A stretch of 64,000 nt of DNA from Anaerolineaceae bacterium. GTDB taxonomy: Bacteria > Chloroflexota > Anaerolineae > Anaerolineales > Anaerolineaceae. Below the pieces are notes generated by a model. That model saw only the letters and a program-made list of their open reading frames with translations, did no database searches and was not told the DNA's origin. The translations under genes were made by a program, and so were the position numbers. Below, in pieces: positions 56,098 through 64,000 of this stretch; position 1 is the first letter of the stretch; each line of letters opens with the position of its first letter. Location: assembly GCA_038562595.1 (NCBI GenBank), contig JBCFBH010000001.1:36093-100092 (forward strand), written 5' to 3'.

Positions 56098-56288
56098 AGC
56101 GCCCTCCAATTCTTAAGAGCGGTTAAAAAGGCTTCAATACCATTGTAGCCGTTCCGCATGCGTTTGCAACAAGGCTTTAATATTTGCCGGCTGTCCCGTT
56201 TAGCGTTCGGATGTCTGTAGGCTTTTGAAAAAATCGGGCTTCCACGCGGCCACCTGGCAAGGGCAGGCGCCTTGGTCTCTTACTGAGC

Positions 56289-56317
56289 TTGCGGCAGGTA
56301 CCATCCTGTGGTAAACT
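56289..56317 (+). promoter_or_regulatory. candidate promoter of the DEAD-box helicase gene
   Basis: TTGCGG-N17-TAAACT with TG at the extended -10 position. Confidence 0.35.
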
Positions 56318-56547
56318 TTTGAGGTCGTAAAATGCACTTGTACAGCACAATTTGTGTTGTGCTGTGATAGTTGAACTGGATATAAGCTTTCAACGGACCA
56401 GGCGAAGCCTGGTTTTTAATGCCAATTGACCGCTCCTGATTAATAATGGGATAACTGCGCAGCAGGGCGAGGGAGCGGGCGCGTTTGAGTTCTAACGCGT
56501 ACAGCGCCGTACCATTGCGAAGCATGCTTCGCGTAAAGGAATATTTC

Positions 56548-57861
56548 GTGGATTTTGATAATTTTGCTTTTCACCCGCAAATCAAAGCGGGCATTTCTGC
56601 GGCGGACTACGCCGACCCAACCCCTATTCAGGAAAAAACCATCCCCGTCATCCTGGCGGGCAAAGACGTTCTGGGCCTCGCTCAAACCGGAACCGGGAAG
56701 ACTGCTGCCTTTGTGCTGCCTATTCTGCAGCAGCTCATGCGCGGTCCGCGCGGAAAACTGCGGGCCTTGATTCTTGCGCCCACGCGCGAACTGGCGGAAC
56801 AAACGCATGTCTTCATCAAGCTGCTCGGCCGCCAAACCGGTCTGCGCAGCATTACTGTCTACGGCGGGGTGGGGCAAAAACCGCAGAAAGAAGCTCTTAG
56901 AGAAGGCGTGGATATCGTCGTCGCTTGCCCGGGCCGTCTTCTGGACTTGAAAAACCAGGGCGCGCTTGACCTGAGCCGCATCCAGATTCTCGTTCTGGAT
57001 GAAGCGGACCAGATGTTTGATATGGGCTTTTTGCCTTCTATCCGCCGCATCGTTGAAGCGCTGCCCCAAAAACGCCAGACCCTGCTTTTTTCTGCCACCA
57101 TGCCGGATGAAATCCGCAAGCTGGCCAACCAAATCCTGCACGACCCGGTGACCATCGAAATCGGCATCAGCAAACCCTTGAATACCATTACCCACGCGGT
57201 GTACCTGGCTGAACCCGCCCGCAAAGAGGAGATGCTCCTGAATCTGCTCAAAGGAGCCGGCAAGGGCAGCGTGCTGGTCTTTATCCGCACCAAGCACCGC
57301 GCTAAAAAGCTGGCTTTCCAACTGCAGCAAGCCAACGTCTCCGCGACATCACTGCAGGGCAACCTTTCGCAGTCCCAGCGCGATACAGCCATGCGTGCCT
57401 TCCGGGACGGCAAGGTGCAGGTATTGGTTGCCACTGATATCGCCGCGCGCGGGATTGACGTTTCGCGAGTTTCCCATGTGATTAACTATGACCTGCCGGA
57501 TACGCCGGAAGCCTATACCCACCGCACAGGCCGGACAGGCCGCATGGAACGTCTGGGAACCGCGCTCTCGCTTGTTTCCCAGGAGGATCTGGGCATGCTG
57601 CGCACGATTGAACGCCTGATGGGGCAGAAGCTGGAACTGCGCAAAATGGACGGCTTTGAAACCAGCTTCAATATTAATAGCCCGGCGCTCAAGGTTGTGA
57701 AGCAAACCAACAGAAAACCGGAAACCCCAAAGGTTTCGCGCCTGGACGATGGTAATCCCAGCGCGCGCCGAAAAACGGGTGGAGAAAACGCAAAACCCGC
57801 CGGGCTGCCACAGAAAAACCAGCGCAGGGTCTACAACAAAAACCGCTATTCGTCTTACTAA
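56548..57861 (+). CDS. DEAD-box ATP-dependent RNA helicase
   Basis: Q motif PTPIQ, AQTGTGKT, DEAD, SAT, HRTGRTGR, basic C-terminal tail. GTG 56548 is preferred (AAGGA 7 nt upstream). The ORF-track start is 56485. Confidence 0.9.
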   Translation: MDFDNFAFHPQIKAGISAADYADPTPIQEKTIPVILAGKDVLGLAQTGTGKTAAFVLPILQQLMRGPRGKLRALILAPTRELAEQTHVFIKLLGRQTGLRSITVYGGVGQKPQKEALREGVDIVVACPGRLLDLKNQGALDLSRIQILVLDEADQMFDMGFLPSIRRIVEALPQKRQTLLFSATMPDEIRKLANQILHDPVTIEIGISKPLNTITHAVYLAEPARKEEMLLNLLKGAGKGSVLVFIRTKHRAKKLAFQLQQANVSATSLQGNLSQSQRDTAMRAFRDGKVQVLVATDIAARGIDVSRVSHVINYDLPDTPEAYTHRTGRTGRMERLGTALSLVSQEDLGMLRTIERLMGQKLELRKMDGFETSFNINSPALKVVKQTNRKPETPKVSRLDDGNPSARRKTGGENAKPAGLPQKNQRRVYNKNRYSSY

Positions 57862-58085
57862 ACCCAAGCCGTCAATCCTCAGTATTGGCGGCTTTTTCTT
57901 CCAAGCCCTCTATGCGCCCCAATCTAACGCTCATGCAAACTCAGGAGCGTTACCAGCCCTTTGGAACCCAGCGCAAATTCGCCCTCCGCGCGGGAAATTC
58001 AGCTCATTCCGGGTTTCCTCCGGTATAATCACCAGTGTTTCGTCCGTGCGAAGCACACTTCGTGAACCAATAAAGGAGAACGACC

Positions 58086-59540
58086 GTGAAGCAGGAACTT
58101 AAAAAGAACATTGACAGCCTGATGGCGCAGGGCGCCACCTATGTGGACGCGCGCTGGTACCCCAGCGAAGAGAGCAACAGCCTGCTGATGTGGAATGGCA
58201 ACCTCAAGGACCTTTCCGCGTCTTCCCAAAGCGGGGTGGGGGTGCGGGTGCTTTATCGCGGTGCCTGGGGCTTTTCCGCCGCGTCCAGCCTGGAAAACAG
58301 CGCCGCCATTTTCGCAAAGGCGTTTGACAACGCCCGCACGGCAGCCGAACGGGTGGAATTCCCGGTGCGGCTGGCTGAGAAGGAGGCTGTACGCGCTTCT
58401 TTTGCCAGCCCGAATCTGATTGACCCTTTCACAGTCCCGCTGACGGACAAACTGGAATTCCTGCGGCTGATGGATGCCAGGCTGAACCAGCCCGGGGTGG
58501 CACAGCGCGTAGCGGCTTTGGATTTTGTCAGGCGCCAGATTGTCTTCCTGGACTCGGAAGGCAGCGAAATCGAAAAGACCATTATTGACGTGTTCCCGTC
58601 CTTTCAGGTGATGGGCTTCGACAAAGACGGGGAATTGCAGGCGCGCAAATACAAACCCGCCCGTTTAGGGAATACCCGCGGTTGGGAATCCCTGGACCCG
58701 GAATATTTCTCCGGGACGGCGGAACGCCTGGTGCGTGAGCTGAACCAACTACTTGTAGCGGAGAGCTGCCCGAAGGACGTCCGCTCGGTGATTCTGCTGC
58801 CCGGAATTATGTTTCTGCAAATCCACGAGACCATCGGTCACCCCCTGGAGCTCGACCGCATTCTCGGGTACGAGCTGGCATTCGCGGGCGGTTCTTTCGT
58901 GCGTCTGGAAGATTTTGGCAAGCTGCGCTACGGCTCCGAGAAATTGACCGTTCGCGCCGACGCCACTCTGGAAAACTCTCCCGGCAGTTTCGGCTTTGAT
59001 GACGACGGCGTGCCGGCGCAAAACAACCTGTTGATTGACAACGGTATTCTGGTGGGCGCCATTAGCGGCAGGCAAATGGTGGAAGAAGCCAATGCCAGAG
59101 CCCGCCGGCAGATTTTCAGCGGCAGCAGCGGCGCCAACCGCGCCACCGCCTTCTACCGCGTCCCGATCGAGCGCATGACCAATATCAATGTGGATCCAGG
59201 CACGGACGGCGACCTGGACGACATCGTGCGCGGCACCGAACGCGGCGTCATCCTGGACGGCGATAAAAGCTGGTCCATCGGATCCAACCGCGAACAGTTC
59301 CACTTTGCCACCGATATCGGCTGGCTGGTGGAGGACGGGGAAGTGAAAGGCGTGCTTAAGAACACCACCTACAAAGGCAATACGCTCCAGTTCTATAACT
59401 CACTTTCGGCAGTCGGGGATGAGCGCACCTGGGAAGTAATGTACGTGGATAACTGCGGCAAAGGGCAGCCCAACCAGATTATGCAGTTGGGGCACGGCGT
59501 GCCAGTATGCCGCTTTGATGATGTGACGGTAGGAGAATAA
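58086..59540 (+). CDS. tldD: TldD-family metalloprotease
   Basis: 484 aa. HETIGHPLE motif. GTG start with AGGAGA SD. Confidence 0.9.
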   Translation: MKQELKKNIDSLMAQGATYVDARWYPSEESNSLLMWNGNLKDLSASSQSGVGVRVLYRGAWGFSAASSLENSAAIFAKAFDNARTAAERVEFPVRLAEKEAVRASFASPNLIDPFTVPLTDKLEFLRLMDARLNQPGVAQRVAALDFVRRQIVFLDSEGSEIEKTIIDVFPSFQVMGFDKDGELQARKYKPARLGNTRGWESLDPEYFSGTAERLVRELNQLLVAESCPKDVRSVILLPGIMFLQIHETIGHPLELDRILGYELAFAGGSFVRLEDFGKLRYGSEKLTVRADATLENSPGSFGFDDDGVPAQNNLLIDNGILVGAISGRQMVEEANARARRQIFSGSSGANRATAFYRVPIERMTNINVDPGTDGDLDDIVRGTERGVILDGDKSWSIGSNREQFHFATDIGWLVEDGEVKGVLKNTTYKGNTLQFYNSLSAVGDERTWEVMYVDNCGKGQPNQIMQLGHGVPVCRFDDVTVGE

Positions 59541-59542
59541 CC

Positions 59543-60928
59543 ATGCAGCACAATGTCATCGCTTTACTGCGGGAACTGCGCGCGTATGCCCTGGAGAAAG
59601 GCATCCAGGCAGCCATTTTTTACCACGAGGAAGAAAGCTACCTGATGCGTTTCGCGAATTCCGCGATCTCGCTGAACACGAACGAACATCTGGTTCGGCT
59701 GCAAATCAGCGTGTTTGATGGAAACAGACGCGCCGACACGATGTTGCTTGCCGATCCCGGTCAGATAGAACCGCTTAAGCGCGGGATTGATACCGCCGCG
59801 GAGATGGCTGGCTTTTCTGAGCCGCTTTCCTACACGCCCAGCATTCCCGTTTACAGCGAGAGCGTGATCGACATGCAGGCTTACGACCCATTCCTGGCGG
59901 GTACGAGCAACGCTGAGCGCCTGGAATTTTTCAATACCCTTGCCCGCGGCCTGGAAACTGAAGAGCTCAAGCTTTCAGGCGTCTTTTCGAATGGCATCAC
60001 CACCACCGCCCAAATCAGCACCGAAAGCGAACACACGCAGTACTTTGCCTGCACCGATGCTTCCATCACGGCGGTGCTCTCCCACCAAACCCTGAAATGG
60101 GAAGTGAACGCGCTGCAATCCGCCCAGGCAAAAACCGACCTGGACCCCGAGCGTCTGCGCGGCGAACTCGCCTTCCTGGTACGGCAGTACAGCGAACAGC
60201 CGGGCGTCCAGCTCCCATTGGGCAAGTACACCGTCGTGTTCGGCGCGGCGGCTGTGGGGGATATCCTGGATATGTTTAACTGGTACGGACCCAACGGCGG
60301 GATGGTGAAACGCGGCTATTCCTTCCTGAGCGAAGCCCAGCTGGGTCAGAAGGTGTTCTCCCCCTTGTTCACCCTGACGGATGATCCGCGCTGCCTGCCG
60401 ACCTATCCGGTCTCGCACGACTTGATGGGCAAACGCCGCGAGCCCTTCCCACTCTTTGATGCGGGCGTTTTGAAGGCGTTCTTCTGGGATCAGGACGACG
60501 CCGACGAGTTCAGCGCGAAAGCGACCGGCCACACTGTCTACCACAACAACCTGGTGCTCTCGGGTGGGGAGAAAGCGCCTGGGAGCCTGGAAGAGCTGGC
60601 AGCCCTTCCGCGCGAGGAGGATATCCTCTACATTCCTTATCTTCATTATATGAACATCGTCAACCCAAGCGCTGGCATTCTTACAGGCAGCTCGCGCTTT
60701 GGCGCGCTCCTGCTGCGTAAGGACGGCGGTATCGCGGTGCCTTTCAATGTGCGCGTTACGCAGAGCTTCGCGGACTTGTTCGGAGAGCGCCTGGCATGGC
60801 TCTCGCGCAAGCAGGTTGCGCACAACGTCTCACACAGCTATGGTTTACGCAACCCGCGCGCGGTGTTGGTGCCGCGTTTTACCTGCGTGAAAGGGATTGA
60901 GATTTCTCATTCCAACAGCTCTTATTAA
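59543..60928 (+). CDS. pmbA: TldE/PmbA-family protein
   Basis: 461 aa. Homologous in architecture to the preceding TldD but lacks the HExxxH motif. Starts 3 nt after tldD. Confidence 0.85.
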   Translation: MQHNVIALLRELRAYALEKGIQAAIFYHEEESYLMRFANSAISLNTNEHLVRLQISVFDGNRRADTMLLADPGQIEPLKRGIDTAAEMAGFSEPLSYTPSIPVYSESVIDMQAYDPFLAGTSNAERLEFFNTLARGLETEELKLSGVFSNGITTTAQISTESEHTQYFACTDASITAVLSHQTLKWEVNALQSAQAKTDLDPERLRGELAFLVRQYSEQPGVQLPLGKYTVVFGAAAVGDILDMFNWYGPNGGMVKRGYSFLSEAQLGQKVFSPLFTLTDDPRCLPTYPVSHDLMGKRREPFPLFDAGVLKAFFWDQDDADEFSAKATGHTVYHNNLVLSGGEKAPGSLEELAALPREEDILYIPYLHYMNIVNPSAGILTGSSRFGALLLRKDGGIAVPFNVRVTQSFADLFGERLAWLSRKQVAHNVSHSYGLRNPRAVLVPRFTCVKGIEISHSNSSY

Positions 60929-61225
60929 TTGAAAGCGAGTCCGGTCCGCGAGGGCTGGAAACGCTGTTTTTTGTGAGGAAAGACTTGCTTTTTTCCTCAG
61001 GTGGTATACTTGATTTAAGCACAAGCAGTAATTTGTGCCAGTTTTTGCGTAATTTCGTCGCTCTTCGTTTAATAGTGTTAACTTACGGAAGGAGGATGGA
61101 ATATTACCGTATCAAGAACCTCTCCCAAGCTCTCAGTGAACAGGTTGGCAATTTTTCGCGCCCGGTTTGACTGAGAAACCCCCGTCTCTATCAGTAATTC
61201 AACCTTAGCCAAATGGAGTGAACTC

Positions 61226-64000
61226 ATGAGATCGAAAACTATCCGAACATTAGCCCTGATCATCGTTCTGGCAATGATTGCCTCCCCGATTAGCGGCTTG
61301 CGACTCAACACCGTCGCAGCCCAGGGCGGCCTTCCCGGCCGCACTGACCTGGTGCCTACCGGTCACACGCCGGTAGACAAGTATTCCGCCGTGGACGCCA
61401 GCGACATCGTCGACAAAACCGAAGTGTCGCGCTACATTGTGCTGTTCGAAGGCGCGTCGCTCGCCAGAGCGAAAGGCGGCGCGGACATCAACAGCATCGA
61501 AGGCCGGAACTATCTGGACAGCCTGGCTCTCAACCGCCAGACCATGCTGGCCAAAGCTGAAAGCCTGCTTGGGCGTTCCATCGAAGTGCGTTACGTCTAT
61601 GACGTGGTTCTGAACGGCGTCTCGGTGGAGCTTTCCGCGCAAGAAGCAGAAGACCTGCAGAGCCTGCCCGGCATTCGCAAAGTCTTGAAAGATCAAACCT
61701 ATACCCAGGATACTGACGCTGGTCCGGAATGGATCGGCGCAGACGACCTTTGGGACGGCACAGCCGTTCCCGATTCCCTGGGCACCAAAGGCGAAGGCGT
61801 TTTGGTTGGCATCCTGGATGGCGGCATTAACTTTGATCATCCTTCTTTCAGTGATACACCTGACGACGGCTATGTGTATGAATGGACCGGCGATTACCTG
61901 GGCGTGTGCGCTCCGGATGGCGATCCTGACTATGCCGATGCCTGTAACGACAAAGTCGTTGGCGCCTGGAGCTATACCTATGACGCTCCCTCCGACTTCG
62001 TGACCCCGGAAGATTCTGAAGGGCACGGTTCCCACACCGCCAGCACCGTCGCTGGCAATTTTGTGGATGTGGATTTCTACGGCACCGAAGTCACCATCTC
62101 CGGCGTCGCGCCGCATGCGCAGATCATCGCCTACGATGTCTGCTATCCGACCCCCTCCGGCGGCCAGTGCGCGGGTGAAGATTCCGTCGCGGCTGTCCAA
62201 CAGGCTATTCTGGACGGCGTGGATGTCATCAACTATTCCATCTCCGGCGGCACCTATCCATACGAGGACGGCGTGGAACTGGCTTTCCTGGAAGCCACCG
62301 CTGCGGGCGTTACCGTTTCCACTTCCGCTGGTAACAGCGGCCCGGATGCTGAAACCGTGGCGCACCGCTCTCCCTGGCTGCTGAGTACCGCTGCCACTTC
62401 CCACAACCGCAAGTTCACGAGCGATGTGGACTTCTCCAATCCGCTCTACCAGAACATCACCACGCTGGCTGGCGAAATTCCTTTCACCACGGATATTGTG
62501 AATAGTCCGGTCAAATATTCTGGCGAAAATCCTGGCAATGATCTTGGTTGTAATGCTTTTCCGGCTGAATTCTTCAAGGACAGCATAGCCCTGATTAAAC
62601 GCGGTACCTGTACCTTCAGCGTAAAGATTAACAACGCAGCGGCTGCAGGCGCAACCGGTGTCCTTATCTTCACGGATGACCGCGCGCCCGGCGCCATGAG
62701 CGTCTCCGGCACGACTATCCCCGGCGTGATGCTGGACATCCCCGGCACCGTTGGCGACGCGATTGCCGCCTGGGTTGCCAGCGCCACCGATGACACCGTC
62801 AGCATTTCCGCTTACGGCGCATTAATTTCTGACGCGTATGCCGATATTATGGCGGATTTCAGCTCTCGCGGCCCGAACACGACCTTTGACGTGCTGAAAC
62901 CCGACATCGCTGCTCCTGGTCTGGAAATCCTGGCCGCGGTCGCCGATGGTTTAATTGACCCCGACGGCGAAACGGAGCTTGATCTCTACCAGGGTACCTC
63001 CATGGCAAGCCCGCACGACGCCGGCTCTGCCGCGCTGTTGACAGCTCTGCACCCGGATTGGACCCCCGCGGAAATCAAGTCGGCTCTGATGCTGACCGCC
63101 TATGACCTGCTGCTGAAAGAAGACAAAACCACCGCTGCCGACCCCTTTGATATCGGCGCGGGGCGCATTCAGCTTGAATTGGCTGGTCTGACCGGTCTGG
63201 TGATGGACGAAAGCATCGCAAACTACGAAGATGCTGACCCCGCTCTGGGCGGCGACGTGAAGACTCTCAATACTGCCAGCGTGTACAACAGCAGCTGCGT
63301 GGGCGAGTGCTCCTGGACGCGCACCTTCACCAGCGTGGCAGACCTGCCCGCGACCTATACGGTGAGCGCTCCGGAATGGATTACCGTTACCCCCGCCAGC
63401 TTCACGATTAACCCCGGCGCCACGCAGGAAATTACGATTACCGCTGACGTCTCGGCTTACACCCCCGGCGAGTGGGTTTTTGCCAATATTGAATTCCTGA
63501 CCGACGATACCCATCCAGGAACTAGTGCTCCCATCTCCGACGTTGCCATTCCGTTGGCAGCTCTGCCCGCTGCGAGCAACCTGCCCGACCTGGCGAAATT
63601 TGAAACTCACCGTGATGCCGGCGGCGACACCCTCGAGGATTTGGTCGCGGTCGAAATCACTGACCTGACCATTGATAAATACGGCTGGGTGAAGGGTGAA
63701 CTCAACGAGATTCAACTTGCCCAAGACCCGACCAACGGTTCAGCGTACGACAACCTTTCACAGGTTTGGTACACGGTCGTCCCGATGGATCTGGGGGCCG
63801 CGCGGCTTGTGGCGGAAATCACCGCTTCCTCCGCGCCGGACGTAGACCTCTACTGGGGCTTTGACAGGAATGGCGACGGTCTGCCGCAAGCTGGAGAAGA
63901 ATACGGCAACAGCGCCACCAGCACAGCCTTTGAATACCTGACCGAGTGGGGCTTCCCGGTCGACTTCTATCCGGTCTGGATTTTGGTCCAGAACTGGCAG
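61226..64000 (+). CDS. secreted S8 subtilisin-like serine protease with I9 propeptide and PA-domain insert (3' end lies outside the window)
   Basis: Hand-translated; absent from the ORF track because no stop occurs in the window. Signal peptide, catalytic D (VGILDGGI), H (GHGSHTAS) and S (GTSMASPH). GGAG SD. Confidence 0.9.
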   Translation, partial: MRSKTIRTLALIIVLAMIASPISGLRLNTVAAQGGLPGRTDLVPTGHTPVDKYSAVDASDIVDKTEVSRYIVLFEGASLARAKGGADINSIEGRNYLDSLALNRQTMLAKAESLLGRSIEVRYVYDVVLNGVSVELSAQEAEDLQSLPGIRKVLKDQTYTQDTDAGPEWIGADDLWDGTAVPDSLGTKGEGVLVGILDGGINFDHPSFSDTPDDGYVYEWTGDYLGVCAPDGDPDYADACNDKVVGAWSYTYDAPSDFVTPEDSEGHGSHTASTVAGNFVDVDFYGTEVTISGVAPHAQIIAYDVCYPTPSGGQCAGEDSVAAVQQAILDGVDVINYSISGGTYPYEDGVELAFLEATAAGVTVSTSAGNSGPDAETVAHRSPWLLSTAATSHNRKFTSDVDFSNPLYQNITTLAGEIPFTTDIVNSPVKYSGENPGNDLGCNAFPAEFFKDSIALIKRGTCTFSVKINNAAAAGATGVLIFTDDRAPGAMSVSGTTIPGVMLDIPGTVGDAIAAWVASATDDTVSISAYGALISDAYADIMADFSSRGPNTTFDVLKPDIAAPGLEILAAVADGLIDPDGETELDLYQGTSMASPHDAGSAALLTALHPDWTPAEIKSALMLTAYDLLLKEDKTTAADPFDIGAGRIQLELAGLTGLVMDESIANYEDADPALGGDVKTLNTASVYNSSCVGECSWTRTFTSVADLPATYTVSAPEWITVTPASFTINPGATQEITITADVSAYTPGEWVFANIEFLTDDTHPGTSAPISDVAIPLAALPAASNLPDLAKFETHRDAGGDTLEDLVAVEITDLTIDKYGWVKGELNEIQLAQDPTNGSAYDNLSQVWYTVVPMDLGAARLVAEITASSAPDVDLYWGFDRNGDGLPQAGEEYGNSATSTAFEYLTEWGFPVDFYPVWILVQNWQ

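Noticed and set aside
56440-57330. 296-aa ORF on the minus strand.
   Set aside because: It is antisense to the DEAD-box helicase gene, which has all its canonical motifs.
61096-61170. 24-aa ORF (MEYYRIKNLSQALSEQVGNFSRPV) between tldE and the subtilase, considered as a possible peptide precursor for TldD/E.
   Set aside because: The GGAGG abuts the ATG with no spacer. The peptide has no Cys/Ser/Gly-rich core or leader-like features. There is nothing else to support it.
61250-63724. Minus-strand ORFs 61250..62404, 62446..62805 and 62951..63724.
   Set aside because: They are antisense to the hand-translated subtilase frame, which shows an intact D/H/S catalytic triad and runs open to the window end.

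Overview
64-kb chromosomal segment, roughly 55-60% GC by eye. The gene style fits a Chloroflexota/Anaerolineae-like bacterium (many lipoproteins with TEAP or P/T-rich linkers), but that is an inference I cannot verify here. No rRNA, tRNA, CRISPR array, transposase or integrase was recognised. Gene content in order: (1) pyrimidine de novo operon pyrC'-pyrB-pyrF::pyrE fusion-pyrD-pyrK, followed by a BMP-family nucleoside-type ABC importer; (2) a non-coding 34-bp tandem repeat array; (3) GH94 phosphorylase plus cupin, an acyltransferase, glnA, and a membrane-anchored rhodanese whose catalytic-Cys position is an in-frame TGA with a hairpin downstream (candidate selenoprotein, or a pseudogene); (4) manC; (5) a divergent four-gene module: an AAA_22-like ATPase and a 723-aa unknown protein on one side, ParA and an atypical ParB on the other. 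An 18-bp motif is repeated 5 times at exact 33-bp spacing inside the 723-aa gene and once more, non-coding, downstream of parB. This is my best candidate for an undescribed plasmid-like replication or segregation system; (6) variant System I cytochrome c maturation genes ccmEFABCD (CcmE has CxxxY, no ccmH in the window), directly followed by a consensus promoter driving a pentaheme lipoprotein cytochrome c and a NOX/ferric-reductase-like flavocytochrome b (candidate outward electron conduit); (7) GH25 muramidase, a CDGSH-ferredoxin protein, a Mop-like molybdo-oxidoreductase, bacterioferritin, a TolB-like lipoprotein and a PIG-L deacetylase; (8) a SAM-hydrolase (DUF62) plus ECF transporter operon; (9) MarR and a maltodextrin-type ABC importer whose binding protein carries an extra C-terminal module; (10) a MacB/FtsX-type ABC system with an exported CARDB-like protein and a polytopic membrane protein; (11) a lower-GC AAA/DUF4143 ATPase, an Mth938-like protein, a DEAD-box helicase with a structured leader, TldD/TldE, and a 3'-truncated S8 subtilase. 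All functional calls rest on motif recognition by eye. No database search was run.
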